In this document: one piece after another, positions 1 to 8,777 of the stretch | How the letters are laid out: each line of letters starts with the position of its first letter | Numbering within the stretch: position 1 is the first letter of the stretch | Assembly: GCA_964527425.1 (NCBI GenBank) | Contig: CAZGOA010000002.1 | Location: 73,346 to 137,345, forward strand | From: an uncultured Gammaproteobacteria bacterium | GTDB lineage: Bacteria; Patescibacteriota; Microgenomatia; UBA10105; UBA927 | DNA length: 64,000 bases | Reading direction: 5' to 3' | Made by a program: the position numbers and the translations under genes | Notes under the pieces: model-generated | What the model saw: only the letters and a program-made list of their open reading frames with translations | Databases searched by the model: none | Told to the model about the DNA's origin: nothing

Positions 1-153
1 CTTCCCGGAAACCAGCTGCTGCAAAATATGTAGTTAACACCGGTCCTAACCTATCTTTTGCTAATTCGTCCATTATTGAATAAATTTCTTGATAATTAAG
101 TGTTTTACCAATTAATTTTTTCTTAATTGCTTCAATTGCTTCTAAATGATCAT
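1..153 (-). CDS. Partial CDS, N-terminal 51 aa only (continues beyond the window start). It resembles the N-terminal helical domain of the glycosyl-transferase family 3 fold, as in thymidine/AMP phosphorylase or TrpD.
   Basis: Minus-strand ATG at 153. The translation MNDHLEAIEAIKKKLIGKTLNYQEIYSIMDELAKDRLGPVLTTYFAAAGFRE resembles the N-terminal helical domain of pyrimidine-nucleoside phosphorylase and anthranilate phosphoribosyltransferase. Confidence 0.3.
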
Positions 154-849
154 TCATAGTCTTACCAATTTAGCTTTCACATGCAAACGTTGCCAGTAAG
201 TTCCTGGCGGGACACATGTAACTAAAGTAATATACGCATTATCAATTGGTTGATCTAGCATACTTATATCTTCAGGACCCTTCACTTCTAAATTTTCAAC
301 ACGATACCGATACGTTACCTGATCATAATTGAGAAAAATATCATTACCAACTTCAATCGTAGGTAGTGTAGAAAAAATCGTTTTATAATTCTTTGGATTA
401 AAAAATTGAGGCAGTACAGAATGTCCAAAAATTGCTGCATTCCCTATTTCACCAGGCAAAGCTGTTCCACCATAATGAATGAGTGCTTGATTGAGATCAT
501 TACCACCAATCACTACTTCCGCATTTATAATTCCCAATTGAGGAATAGATAATTTGTATATTCTTATTTTAGTATTTACTTTTTCCTGTGGCTTTAAAGG
601 AAGCCAAATATTAGGATCTGTACTAGTATTACTCGTTAATTGCGTATTGTTATCTTCTTTACTATTCCCAAATCCTATTGGAGAAACAACAGTCGTTAGT
701 AATGGAGCTGCAACTACATGAAATGAGACAATTGGCCAAGACACCCAGCCCAATATGCTCATACCTAAACTCATAATTATTAAAGAAATAAGAATAGACC
801 TCCTCATAGGTGGCCTAGGTCGTTTCTTTACATAACGATAAAGAGGCAT
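154..849 (-). CDS. Sortase family transpeptidase
   Basis: 231 aa with an N-terminal TM anchor and a TLVTC catalytic-cysteine motif near the C-terminus, plus a sortase-like beta-barrel core (LVTCVPPGTY...R). Confidence 0.7.
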   Translation of the reverse strand: MPLYRYVKKRPRPPMRRSILISLIIMSLGMSILGWVSWPIVSFHVVAAPLLTTVVSPIGFGNSKEDNNTQLTSNTSTDPNIWLPLKPQEKVNTKIRIYKLSIPQLGIINAEVVIGGNDLNQALIHYGGTALPGEIGNAAIFGHSVLPQFFNPKNYKTIFSTLPTIEVGNDIFLNYDQVTYRYRVENLEVKGPEDISMLDQPIDNAYITLVTCVPPGTYWQRLHVKAKLVRL

Positions 850-852
850 GTA

Positions 853-3117
853 TTATTGAGCTTCAATAGATACAGATAAATTCTGCTGTCTTGAAGGCAG
901 TTTATTAGGAAATAAAGAAAGTGAAGTTTTAATAGATACACCGCCAACACCATTAATATTCTTAATAATAGATTCAGCTTCTGAAATAGATTTTCCTGCT
1001 ATTTGAGAAGTTAAATCCTTTACCTCAAAAGAAGGAATTAACTTTGCTGAGCCTGTAATGGAAATAGAAATTTCACCATTTTTTTCTACTATTGGTTCAT
1101 TCGTGTTAACCTGAATTGAATCTTGGGATAATCTATATCCTTCGGGTATTTCTGCAGACAATGCTTGATTCATAACTGCTTTAATGTCGTCTTCTTTGTA
1201 GGCTGTTCCCTTAATTAAAATAGTTGCCTTCACAGTTAATTCTTTCGCTTCTTGACCAATTTCGTGCGAAAAAGAACGTTCACTTACTTCTGATGTAATG
1301 GTATCTGATATTAACTGTTCTCCTTCACTTACACCGAATCCATTCTTTGCCTGTTCAACTAATTCTGCAGTTAATTGTTTTACCGCGTTATCTTGATCAG
1401 CCCTGCTTACAACAGTAATATCTTTACTCGTTCCCCCCGTAAATGCTTGATCGTTTCTTGCTGTAGCGATACTTGTCGCAATACCGCTAATACTAAACTC
1501 TCGTCCTGAACTAATATTACCCTGTGTACCAATCTCTTTTGCTGTAACAGTACCATTTGCTTTTCCATACGTAATTGTTCCTGCAGCTAAACTCTCACTA
1601 GCAGACGCTATAGAGATATCGTCATCGAGGAGAAAATCAACTGAACCTGCTGAAACAACAGTACCTTTTTTTATTGTCCGAGGAACCTGAGATTTATTAA
1701 AAATAGTGATAGTACCCTTAGCAGGATCTCCAATAGTTTTTTTACCGGTAACTGTAACTACCTTCTCTCCATTTATTGATTCTTCTTTTTCTAGTCCACT
1801 TACTACATCGCCACTTGTTGTTCCATTTGGTTCAATAACAAACGTTTTTTCAGCTTCAACAGTACGTGGAATAACAGTAATTGCTATTGTTGCTTTAGGA
1901 AGAACAATTGAAAAAAGTATAAATCCAACTATAACTAATAGAAGTGGTACCACCACTAACGAAACCATTTTTATCTTCTTCGATTTATTACCATTCACAC
2001 CATTTCTTTTTGTTAAAACGCCTTGTACTACGTGTTTCATTGAATGTATAAGAGGTGAAAATAGTTGAGTTATTTTGTTTTTAGACGGTTTTTTAGCAGA
2101 TTCAACTATATCCTCTTCATCTACTGGACTAAACCCAATATCCTCAGGAGTTACTGGTTCTATATTGTCATATTCTTCCTCAGGTATTGATACTTGTTCT
2201 GTTTTCAATATTTCTTCAGGAGTTTCTTGTTTAGATGAAATCACTTCATTCTGATCTACTACATCATCAGTCGCAGAATCCAAAGGAAGATTCATATCTT
2301 CTTCAACTGGAGTAGATACCGCTGAATCTTCCATGCTTTCTTCTACTTGTGTCTCGTCATTATCCACATCCATGCTTTCAATTAATTCACTTGCACCTGC
2401 ATGTGACACTGCAGCAGCAGCGCCATCCCCTGGCAAAATTTCTGCTTTTGGAAAATGAAGAAAATTCGCTTTTTGCTGCCAATGATACTGTAAAATATCT
2501 CTTTTAGCATCTTCTAGTGTATGTCTATCCGTGCCATATACTAGTATTCTTGCTGGTAGTATTTCGACATCAGTAAACGTACTTAATGCATCTTCTAAAT
2601 GACCAATCAAATTACCTTCCTTGGCAAAAACTCTTTGACCAATAAAATTGCCAACCTTGTAAAGAGTTACTGTTATCCCCTTACTTGTTATCCCCATAAG
2701 TATCATGCTAGGTGGAACACCTTCTTGTTTTTTATACTGGTGAATGATCGCCTGATAAATAGAAACAAATCCTATCGGGGTCAATTCAAGTAATTTTGTT
2801 AGTTCTTTAATGTGAGGTTTAATTTCTTTCTTAACGTCTCCATCTTCAGTTAGGTATTCGGAAGGAAAACCTAATATTACTTTATTTATATTTTCAGACT
2901 TAGTTAAATCTTCAAGCGTTGATACACATTTATCAACAGCTTCTATCCGTTCCTCCCAAGAATCACTCATCAACTCTTGTGTTACTGCTCCTTCAATAAT
3001 GGCTTCTCCTTGCTTTCCTAAAGCCCAACAGGCTGCGTCAATAGCATCAGGATATATTAAAAGTGTAAGAAAAAGCTCTTGTTGTTTATTCCTTCCACTG
3101 AATGACGGCAGTTTCAT
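853..3117 (-). CDS. Large bitopic membrane protein. It has an N-terminal cytoplasmic domain (possibly actin/ASKHA-like), an acidic D/E-rich linker, a single TM helix and a ~400 aa extracytoplasmic domain. Function unknown.
   Basis: 754 aa ORF. There is a hydrophobic helix (VSLVVVPLLLVIVGFILFSIVLP) at about residue 370, preceded by a D/E-rich low-complexity segment. I could not recognise a catalytic motif. Confidence 0.45.
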   Translation of the reverse strand: MKLPSFSGRNKQQELFLTLLIYPDAIDAACWALGKQGEAIIEGAVTQELMSDSWEERIEAVDKCVSTLEDLTKSENINKVILGFPSEYLTEDGDVKKEIKPHIKELTKLLELTPIGFVSIYQAIIHQYKKQEGVPPSMILMGITSKGITVTLYKVGNFIGQRVFAKEGNLIGHLEDALSTFTDVEILPARILVYGTDRHTLEDAKRDILQYHWQQKANFLHFPKAEILPGDGAAAAVSHAGASELIESMDVDNDETQVEESMEDSAVSTPVEEDMNLPLDSATDDVVDQNEVISSKQETPEEILKTEQVSIPEEEYDNIEPVTPEDIGFSPVDEEDIVESAKKPSKNKITQLFSPLIHSMKHVVQGVLTKRNGVNGNKSKKIKMVSLVVVPLLLVIVGFILFSIVLPKATIAITVIPRTVEAEKTFVIEPNGTTSGDVVSGLEKEESINGEKVVTVTGKKTIGDPAKGTITIFNKSQVPRTIKKGTVVSAGSVDFLLDDDISIASASESLAAGTITYGKANGTVTAKEIGTQGNISSGREFSISGIATSIATARNDQAFTGGTSKDITVVSRADQDNAVKQLTAELVEQAKNGFGVSEGEQLISDTITSEVSERSFSHEIGQEAKELTVKATILIKGTAYKEDDIKAVMNQALSAEIPEGYRLSQDSIQVNTNEPIVEKNGEISISITGSAKLIPSFEVKDLTSQIAGKSISEAESIIKNINGVGGVSIKTSLSLFPNKLPSRQQNLSVSIEAQ

Positions 3118-3168
3118 ACTACATTCATACTAGCAACGATTGATTAGAAGGGCAAGAAAAGATGAAGT

Positions 3169-5040
3169 TTAAACAAATGCAGCTTTAAATCTTCTTATAC
3201 CACTTCCAACAGCTTCTTCTTTCAATATTTTAAATACTTTTCCATCATGTTGTAATTCCCCCGTATTCTGTACATGTGGTCCACCACAAAATTCAGCAGA
3301 AAAATAAGAATCAGGAGTAGCATTTTCTGGCTTAATAGATGGATTTAAACCAATAAAATATACATTAACGCGATCAGGATATTTCTGCCCAAACTCCATT
3401 TGAGCTCCGATTCGTTCTGCATCTTTTTTATTCATTACAACAAGTTTTACATCTACAGATTTCTTAATAACTTCATTTACTAACATTTCTATCTTAGTTT
3501 TTTCTTCTTCGGTTAATTTTCTCTGTAAGCTAACATCAATTCTCAACCGTTCTCCAGTAATATTGCTACCTCTTTGTTTTATTGTTGGATCAACAATTTT
3601 TTGCAATGCTGCTAACAATAAGTGATGTGCGGTATGTAGTCTCGTTGTCTGAATGCTATGATCTGCTAATCCACCCTTAAACATGCCAGCTGCTGCCGAT
3701 CTTGATAAATTCTGATGCTTTTTAAATTCTTCTTCAAACTGATCTTTATTTATCTTTTCTCCTTTTTTATTTGCTATTTCTACAATCATTTCCCAAGGAA
3801 ATCCATATGTTTCATACAATGAAAAAGCTTTCTTTCCATCTAATTTATCAATTTTATGAATTTCGTTCATTCCCTTATCTAAAGTTTTACCAAATCGAAT
3901 TCCTTCTTCTTCAATTAATGATTTTATGCTTGAAGCTTGCTTTGCAACATCTGGATATGCATCAGCATAAACCTCAGTGATTGGATCAACTAATTTACCC
4001 AAGTAAGTCCAGTTATTAACAATTCCTAACTGTCTTCCATACATAATAGATCTTCGCAATAATCTTCTTAAGACATATCCTTGTTGCTTATTAGATGGTA
4101 TTACTCCGTCAGACAGTAACATTACAGCACCTCGAATATGATCAACAATAATTCTAAATGCTTTTGTAGATTCACTATGTTCACCATATTTTATGTTTGT
4201 TATTGATTCCAGATAGTGTATTAAAGGAAGAAAAAAATCAGATTTAAACACATCAGAATCATTATTACTTGCAGCAACTATACGCTCTAAACCACCTCCA
4301 AAATCAACATTTTTTTGTGATAATTCAACTAATGATCCGCTTTCAGTTTTTTTGTATTGCATAAACACAGAATTACCGATTTCCATAAATCGTCCACAAT
4401 CACAATTTGGATGACATTTTTGATTTTTCCATTCAGATTGTTCGTGCAATGCTAACTTTTCGCCAAAATCAAAGAAAATTTCACTATCAGGTCCTCCTGG
4501 CTCACCTGGAGGCATTTTTTCAGGTTCTCCACTTCTGCTCCACCAATTTTTTTTTGCAGAATACGAAAATATCCGTTCATTTTCCAATGCGTTTATACCA
4601 ACACTGGAAAATATTTCTTTCCAAATTTCAATAGATGTATCATCTTTAGGAACATTCTCATTCCCTTCAAACACTGTTACATATAATAATTTGGGATCAA
4701 GGCCTATTTCTTTAGTCAAAAATTCAAAACACCAATGGAGTTGCTCTCTTTTAAAATAATCTCCCAACGACCAATTTCCCAACATTTCAAAAAAAGTAGT
4801 ATGTCTATTATCACCAACTTCTTCAATATCCTGTAAACGTACTGCTTTTTGACTATTAACCAAACGCTTTCCAGAAGGATGTGGTTGTCCTAAAAGATAT
4901 GGAACTAACGGTTGCATACCAGAGCTATTAAACAATGTTGTAGGATCATTTTCTGGAACGAGTGAAGCAGACGGTATTTCTGTATGTCCTTTAGATTTAA
5001 AAAAGGAAATATATTTACTACGGATAACCTGAGATTTCAT
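3169..5040 (-). CDS. alaS: Alanyl-tRNA synthetase, short form lacking the C-terminal C-Ala/DHHA1 domain
   Basis: The catalytic-core N-terminus is AlaS-like (…FFKSKGHTEIPSASLVPENDPTTLF…FFEMLGNWSLGDYFK). The editing domain carries HxxxH and CGGPHV motifs. The likely true start is the internal Met at ~5040 (MKSQVIRSKYISFFK); the track ORF extends upstream to 5163. Confidence 0.85.
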   Translation of the reverse strand: MKSQVIRSKYISFFKSKGHTEIPSASLVPENDPTTLFNSSGMQPLVPYLLGQPHPSGKRLVNSQKAVRLQDIEEVGDNRHTTFFEMLGNWSLGDYFKREQLHWCFEFLTKEIGLDPKLLYVTVFEGNENVPKDDTSIEIWKEIFSSVGINALENERIFSYSAKKNWWSRSGEPEKMPPGEPGGPDSEIFFDFGEKLALHEQSEWKNQKCHPNCDCGRFMEIGNSVFMQYKKTESGSLVELSQKNVDFGGGLERIVAASNNDSDVFKSDFFLPLIHYLESITNIKYGEHSESTKAFRIIVDHIRGAVMLLSDGVIPSNKQQGYVLRRLLRRSIMYGRQLGIVNNWTYLGKLVDPITEVYADAYPDVAKQASSIKSLIEEEGIRFGKTLDKGMNEIHKIDKLDGKKAFSLYETYGFPWEMIVEIANKKGEKINKDQFEEEFKKHQNLSRSAAAGMFKGGLADHSIQTTRLHTAHHLLLAALQKIVDPTIKQRGSNITGERLRIDVSLQRKLTEEEKTKIEMLVNEVIKKSVDVKLVVMNKKDAERIGAQMEFGQKYPDRVNVYFIGLNPSIKPENATPDSYFSAEFCGGPHVQNTGELQHDGKVFKILKEEAVGSGIRRFKAAFV

Positions 5041-5068
5041 GTGAAGGATTATAGCAGAAAAGAGTATC

Positions 5069-5464
5069 TCACTTTTTGGGAATATTCTTAAATAGCTTTT
5101 TTCTAATATTTGCAGTTGTTTGACGGCCACGTTCTTGCAAATCTTCAATATGTGACAGAGCACTATCTACACGTTTTACTGTTTCTGTAGACATTTCTTC
5201 TTTTTTTTCCTGGATTTGCTCTGCTACTTTTTCTTTTAATGCCTCACCTTTTTTTATAAGCTCTTTTCCTTGTTCTTCTAAATCGCTTAATTTATCCTGA
5301 AGTTCATCAACAAAATCAGAACCTCTTTGTTGAAGAATTTTTGTTGTTTTTTTGCCTTCTTTAGTCCCAATAAGGAAAATTGTAATGGCACCGATGATAC
5401 CACCCAAGAAAAACCCGAGAATAAATTTTATATCTGGACCTCTATGTTCACTCATCAGATTCAC
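5069..5464 (-). CDS. YtxH-like membrane-anchored protein (DUF948-type general stress family)
   Basis: 131 aa with an N-terminal hydrophobic helix (GFFLGGIIGAITIFLIG) and a charged coiled-coil remainder. This is the YtxH architecture. Confidence 0.45.
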   Translation of the reverse strand: MNLMSEHRGPDIKFILGFFLGGIIGAITIFLIGTKEGKKTTKILQQRGSDFVDELQDKLSDLEEQGKELIKKGEALKEKVAEQIQEKKEEMSTETVKRVDSALSHIEDLQERGRQTTANIRKKLFKNIPKK

Positions 5465-5708
5465 CTTTCTTTTTTAATGAAGTAACAAGTGATAAACCTG
5501 CTTTTATTCCACTCATAAGTCCAGTTACATTATTAAAACCTTCTCCAACTGCTCCAGTTACTCTCCCTGCATCATCAAGCATTTTATTCAAACGAATAAC
5601 CGTCCCTCGTATTTCCTTTAGAATAAACCAGAACTGAATTCCTAAGGCAATAAATAAACTTGTGAGGACAATTGAAATAGCAATTATGACAATTTGTGTT
5701 GGTTCCAT
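5448..5708 (-). CDS. Small DUF948-like membrane protein
   Basis: 86 aa with an N-terminal TM helix followed by an amphipathic region. It sits adjacent to and co-oriented with the YtxH-like gene. Confidence 0.4.
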   Translation of the reverse strand: MEPTQIVIIAISIVLTSLFIALGIQFWFILKEIRGTVIRLNKMLDDAGRVTGAVGEGFNNVTGLMSGIKAGLSLVTSLKKKGESDE

Positions 5709-5786
5709 AGGCAGTATTTTTTTATGACTTTATACTATTATGTCAAAATATCAATTTTTTACAACTATAACACTTTGATACATATA

Positions 5787-6437
5787 TTATTCAGATACTT
5801 CTGGCACAGTAATTTCTCGATTAACCTGAGTTGTTTTGCCATAGCGTGATGTTGCCGTAATTACTATAGTATTTTTACCCGGAAAAACTTGGACCTGATC
5901 AAAAAACTTACCATCGTCTCTTACCAAAACACCAATTCCATTTATAGAAACAGTTGCATCTGAATCAGTTTGACCTAATACTTCTATACGAGGAGCATTT
6001 AAGATAGTTTCATTTTCTTTCGGCTGTTCTATAACTAATGTTGGAGGTGCTTGTAAACGTTGGTATTGAACGACAAAATACCCCACAAATAATAACAGTA
6101 AAAAGGTAATGAAAAACACTATGAATCGACTTGGTGTTAATCTAATTCTAGAAGTCTGCAGTTCTTCTTCTGTTTTTTTAGGTAGTAATGCACTTTTAGA
6201 AATCTCGCGAGTCTGTCTCCGTAAAAACGCGAGAACATGCTTACTGTTTAAACCTAAAAACTCACTATAATTTTTTACAAATCCAATTGTATATGCCTGA
6301 GATTCTATTTGTTTAAATTCATCAGTTTCAAGTGCCTCTATATATCTTTTTTGTATTTTTGTTGCTTTTGCAACTTGATCTATAGTAAGACCTTTTTCAA
6401 TTCTGGTTTCTTTGAGTAATTGCCCAACTGTTTTCAT
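5787..6437 (-). CDS. rodZ: RodZ-like cytoskeletal protein (HTH_25 + TM + C-terminal domain)
   Basis: N-terminal XRE-type HTH (GLTIDQVAKATKIQKRYIEALE…FVKNYSEFLGL), then a TM helix (FIVFFITFLLLLFVGYFVV) and a C-terminal beta domain. Confidence 0.6.
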   Translation of the reverse strand: MKTVGQLLKETRIEKGLTIDQVAKATKIQKRYIEALETDEFKQIESQAYTIGFVKNYSEFLGLNSKHVLAFLRRQTREISKSALLPKKTEEELQTSRIRLTPSRFIVFFITFLLLLFVGYFVVQYQRLQAPPTLVIEQPKENETILNAPRIEVLGQTDSDATVSINGIGVLVRDDGKFFDQVQVFPGKNTIVITATSRYGKTTQVNREITVPEVSE

Positions 6438-8662
6438 GATTCTTCATTTTGAGAGAAATATTGTTCAACACTTTTCATTAATACATCTCTTGGTTTACTC
6501 CCTTCACCAGGTCCAATAATTCCAGCCTCCTCCAGTTGATCAAGAATTCTTGCAGCTCTGGCATACCCAACTGATAATCTTCGTTGCAGTAAAGAAGCAG
6601 AAGCCTTATCATGTTGCACCACTAACCGTAAAGCCTCTTCAAACAACTGATCTTTACCATCTACACTGTTTCCACCTCCCCCAGCACTCTTTTTCCCTAC
6701 TGTGCCCTGTTGAGTAAGAACTTCTTCAGTATACGCAACAGGAGGATTTTTCTCTTTTAGGAAGTTAACCAACACATTAATTTCTTTTTCTGAGACATAC
6801 GTGCCTTGTATACGACTGGGCTTAGAAGAATCAGCAGGAATATATAACATGTCCCCTCGACCCAATAATTTTTCTGCTCCAGGTTGATCTAACACTACTC
6901 GAGAATCAATCATTGATGAAACATTAAAAGCAATACGTGATGGAACATTGGCTTTTATTAATCCTGTAATTACATCCACACTTGGTCGTTGTGTAGCCAG
7001 CACTAAATGAATACCTGCTGCACGTGCTTTTTGAGCTAATCGACAGATAGCGTCTTCTACTTCACTTGGAGCATATGCCATCAAGTCTGCCAGCTCGTCA
7101 ATTAAAATTACAATATAAGGCATTGCTTGAAATCCAGATAACTCATTAAACCCTTCAATATTACGAACATTTACTTCAGCAAATTTTTTGTATCTACCTT
7201 CCATTTCATTAACAGCCCAACGCAAGCTCGATAATATTTTATCTGGTTCAACGATAACCGGTGTTAATAAGTGAGGAATCCCATTATATCCAATTAATTC
7301 TACTCGCTTGGGATCAATCATTATTAAACGGACCTCTTGAGGAGTCGTTTTAAACAACAAAGAAGCAATCCAAACATTGATTAACACTGATTTTCCAGAA
7401 CCAGTAGTTCCAGCCACTAATACATGAGGCATACGTGCAATATCCGCTATAAGTGGATTACCTGATACATCTAATCCTAAAGCTACTGACAATTTTGTTT
7501 TTGCTTTTTTCATAACATCAGATTGCAACATGCGTTTTAAAGTGACAAATTCAAGACCTCTATTCGGAATTTCTATACCAACTAGATCTCGTCCAGGAAT
7601 TGGAGCTTCAATACGAACAGATCCTGTAGGAGCAGCTAAAGCTAGGGCTAAATCACTTGAAAGAGACGTAATTTTTGACAACTTTGTCCCAAGGGCTATT
7701 TTTAACGTATACTGGGTAACAGCAGGACCTGCATTTACTTCAGTTACTTTAGCAGAAATGCCAAAACTATCTAACGTTTTTTCTATAATATCTGCGTTTT
7801 GTCTTACATTCCCTCTGTCTGCTTTATGACCAGGACCATCCGATAATATATGCAATGGTGGATATTCCCATGTCATTAATTCATGCGGGACAGTAGCCAT
7901 GGGCATATTTATTTTGATGTCCTGTTTTTCCTCCTTTGGAAGTGCTGTCTGAGAATTAAGAGGCTGCTTAACAGCAGAATTCACCAAAGAGGGAGTTTGC
8001 TTAAGAATAGGTTTCTCATCTACTCCTTTTATTTTTAATTGCTGATTACCCGAAACAGTAAATACTGAATCTTTCTTTTTGGTTACATTTGATAATGTAT
8101 TTCCTAAAGTATCAAATATTCTTTGGAACGTAGTAATAAAAAATCCAACAATTTTATCTAGGGAACTATTAAACGCTATAAGTAAACCTACAACCAAACC
8201 AGTTAACAATACTAACACCGCACCCTGCGTATTCACATAATTGGTAAGAAATAAAAATAATGCCTCCCCGGCTAATCCAGACTGTGTTAACCCAGCAAGC
8301 GAAATTAACAATATTCCTACCCCAATAGAAAACGGTGGTTGAGCTACTGCTGCTTTTAATTTAAAGAATAGAAGACTTAAAAAAACTAGATATGGTGGAA
8401 TAGCAAACATTACCCATCCAAAATTTCCAAACAGCTCCTCACGCAAACTCGTCATAAGACCCCCATCAGCAAAAAAAGAAAGGCTTATGATACCTGCAAT
8501 TAACCAAAACCAAATTGCTGCAACAGTAAATACAGTTTCTTTCTTTAATTTAAACTGATACGGACTTTTTCTTCGTCTATGTCCTGAACTATGTCTCCCG
8601 TGTTTCTTTTTCATAAAGTACTCTAATGAACCTAGTATAGGCGTAACTTCGCGCGCATTCAA
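6434..8662 (-). CDS. ftsK: DNA translocase FtsK/SpoIIIE
   Basis: N-terminal polytopic TM domain and a Walker A motif (VAGTTGSGKSV). A C-terminal gamma winged-helix domain is present (LFEEALRLVVQHDKASASLLQRRLSVGYARAARILDQLEEAGIIGP). Confidence 0.9.
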   Translation of the reverse strand: MNAREVTPILGSLEYFMKKKHGRHSSGHRRRKSPYQFKLKKETVFTVAAIWFWLIAGIISLSFFADGGLMTSLREELFGNFGWVMFAIPPYLVFLSLLFFKLKAAVAQPPFSIGVGILLISLAGLTQSGLAGEALFLFLTNYVNTQGAVLVLLTGLVVGLLIAFNSSLDKIVGFFITTFQRIFDTLGNTLSNVTKKKDSVFTVSGNQQLKIKGVDEKPILKQTPSLVNSAVKQPLNSQTALPKEEKQDIKINMPMATVPHELMTWEYPPLHILSDGPGHKADRGNVRQNADIIEKTLDSFGISAKVTEVNAGPAVTQYTLKIALGTKLSKITSLSSDLALALAAPTGSVRIEAPIPGRDLVGIEIPNRGLEFVTLKRMLQSDVMKKAKTKLSVALGLDVSGNPLIADIARMPHVLVAGTTGSGKSVLINVWIASLLFKTTPQEVRLIMIDPKRVELIGYNGIPHLLTPVIVEPDKILSSLRWAVNEMEGRYKKFAEVNVRNIEGFNELSGFQAMPYIVILIDELADLMAYAPSEVEDAICRLAQKARAAGIHLVLATQRPSVDVITGLIKANVPSRIAFNVSSMIDSRVVLDQPGAEKLLGRGDMLYIPADSSKPSRIQGTYVSEKEINVLVNFLKEKNPPVAYTEEVLTQQGTVGKKSAGGGGNSVDGKDQLFEEALRLVVQHDKASASLLQRRLSVGYARAARILDQLEEAGIIGPGEGSKPRDVLMKSVEQYFSQNEES

Positions 8663-8777
8663 CCAATATGCTATAATAGCCTAGAATCAAGAAGTAAGAT
8701 TAAAGAATCGAGGAATATTACTGTCCTTTTTTTCCCTGATTCTTGATTCCTTACTACTTTGGTTCTTTTTTTTTGTT

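Noticed and set aside
1706-2068. Antisense ORFs embedded in larger genes (1706-2068, 2599-2793, 3771-3980, 4407-4634, 7530-7829, 10337-10546, 10673-10876, 10976-11203, 13157-13351, 14223-14609, 16400-16886, 17772-18155, 18377-19040, 21511-22117, 22459-22868, 23352-23600, 24211-24591, 26813-27049, 27571-27804, 28507-28851, 32669-33004, 34744-35076, 35554-36446, 36677-36862, 37163-37807, 38218-38442, 41844-42053, 42375-42581, 45769-45960, 49941-50186, 50920-51166, 53924-54344, 55440-55814, 56020-56274, 57491-57694, 58404-58782, 59321-59852, 62547-62765)
   Set aside because: Each lies wholly inside, and antisense to or out of frame with, a long ORF that has clear homology or a coherent membrane or surface protein architecture. 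They are short and their low-complexity composition is typical of shadow ORFs in AT-rich DNA.
5041-5163. 41 aa N-terminal extension of AlaS in the track ORF
   Set aside because: The AlaS homology begins at the internal Met (MKSQVIRSKYISFFK). The extension would overlap the upstream YtxH-like gene.
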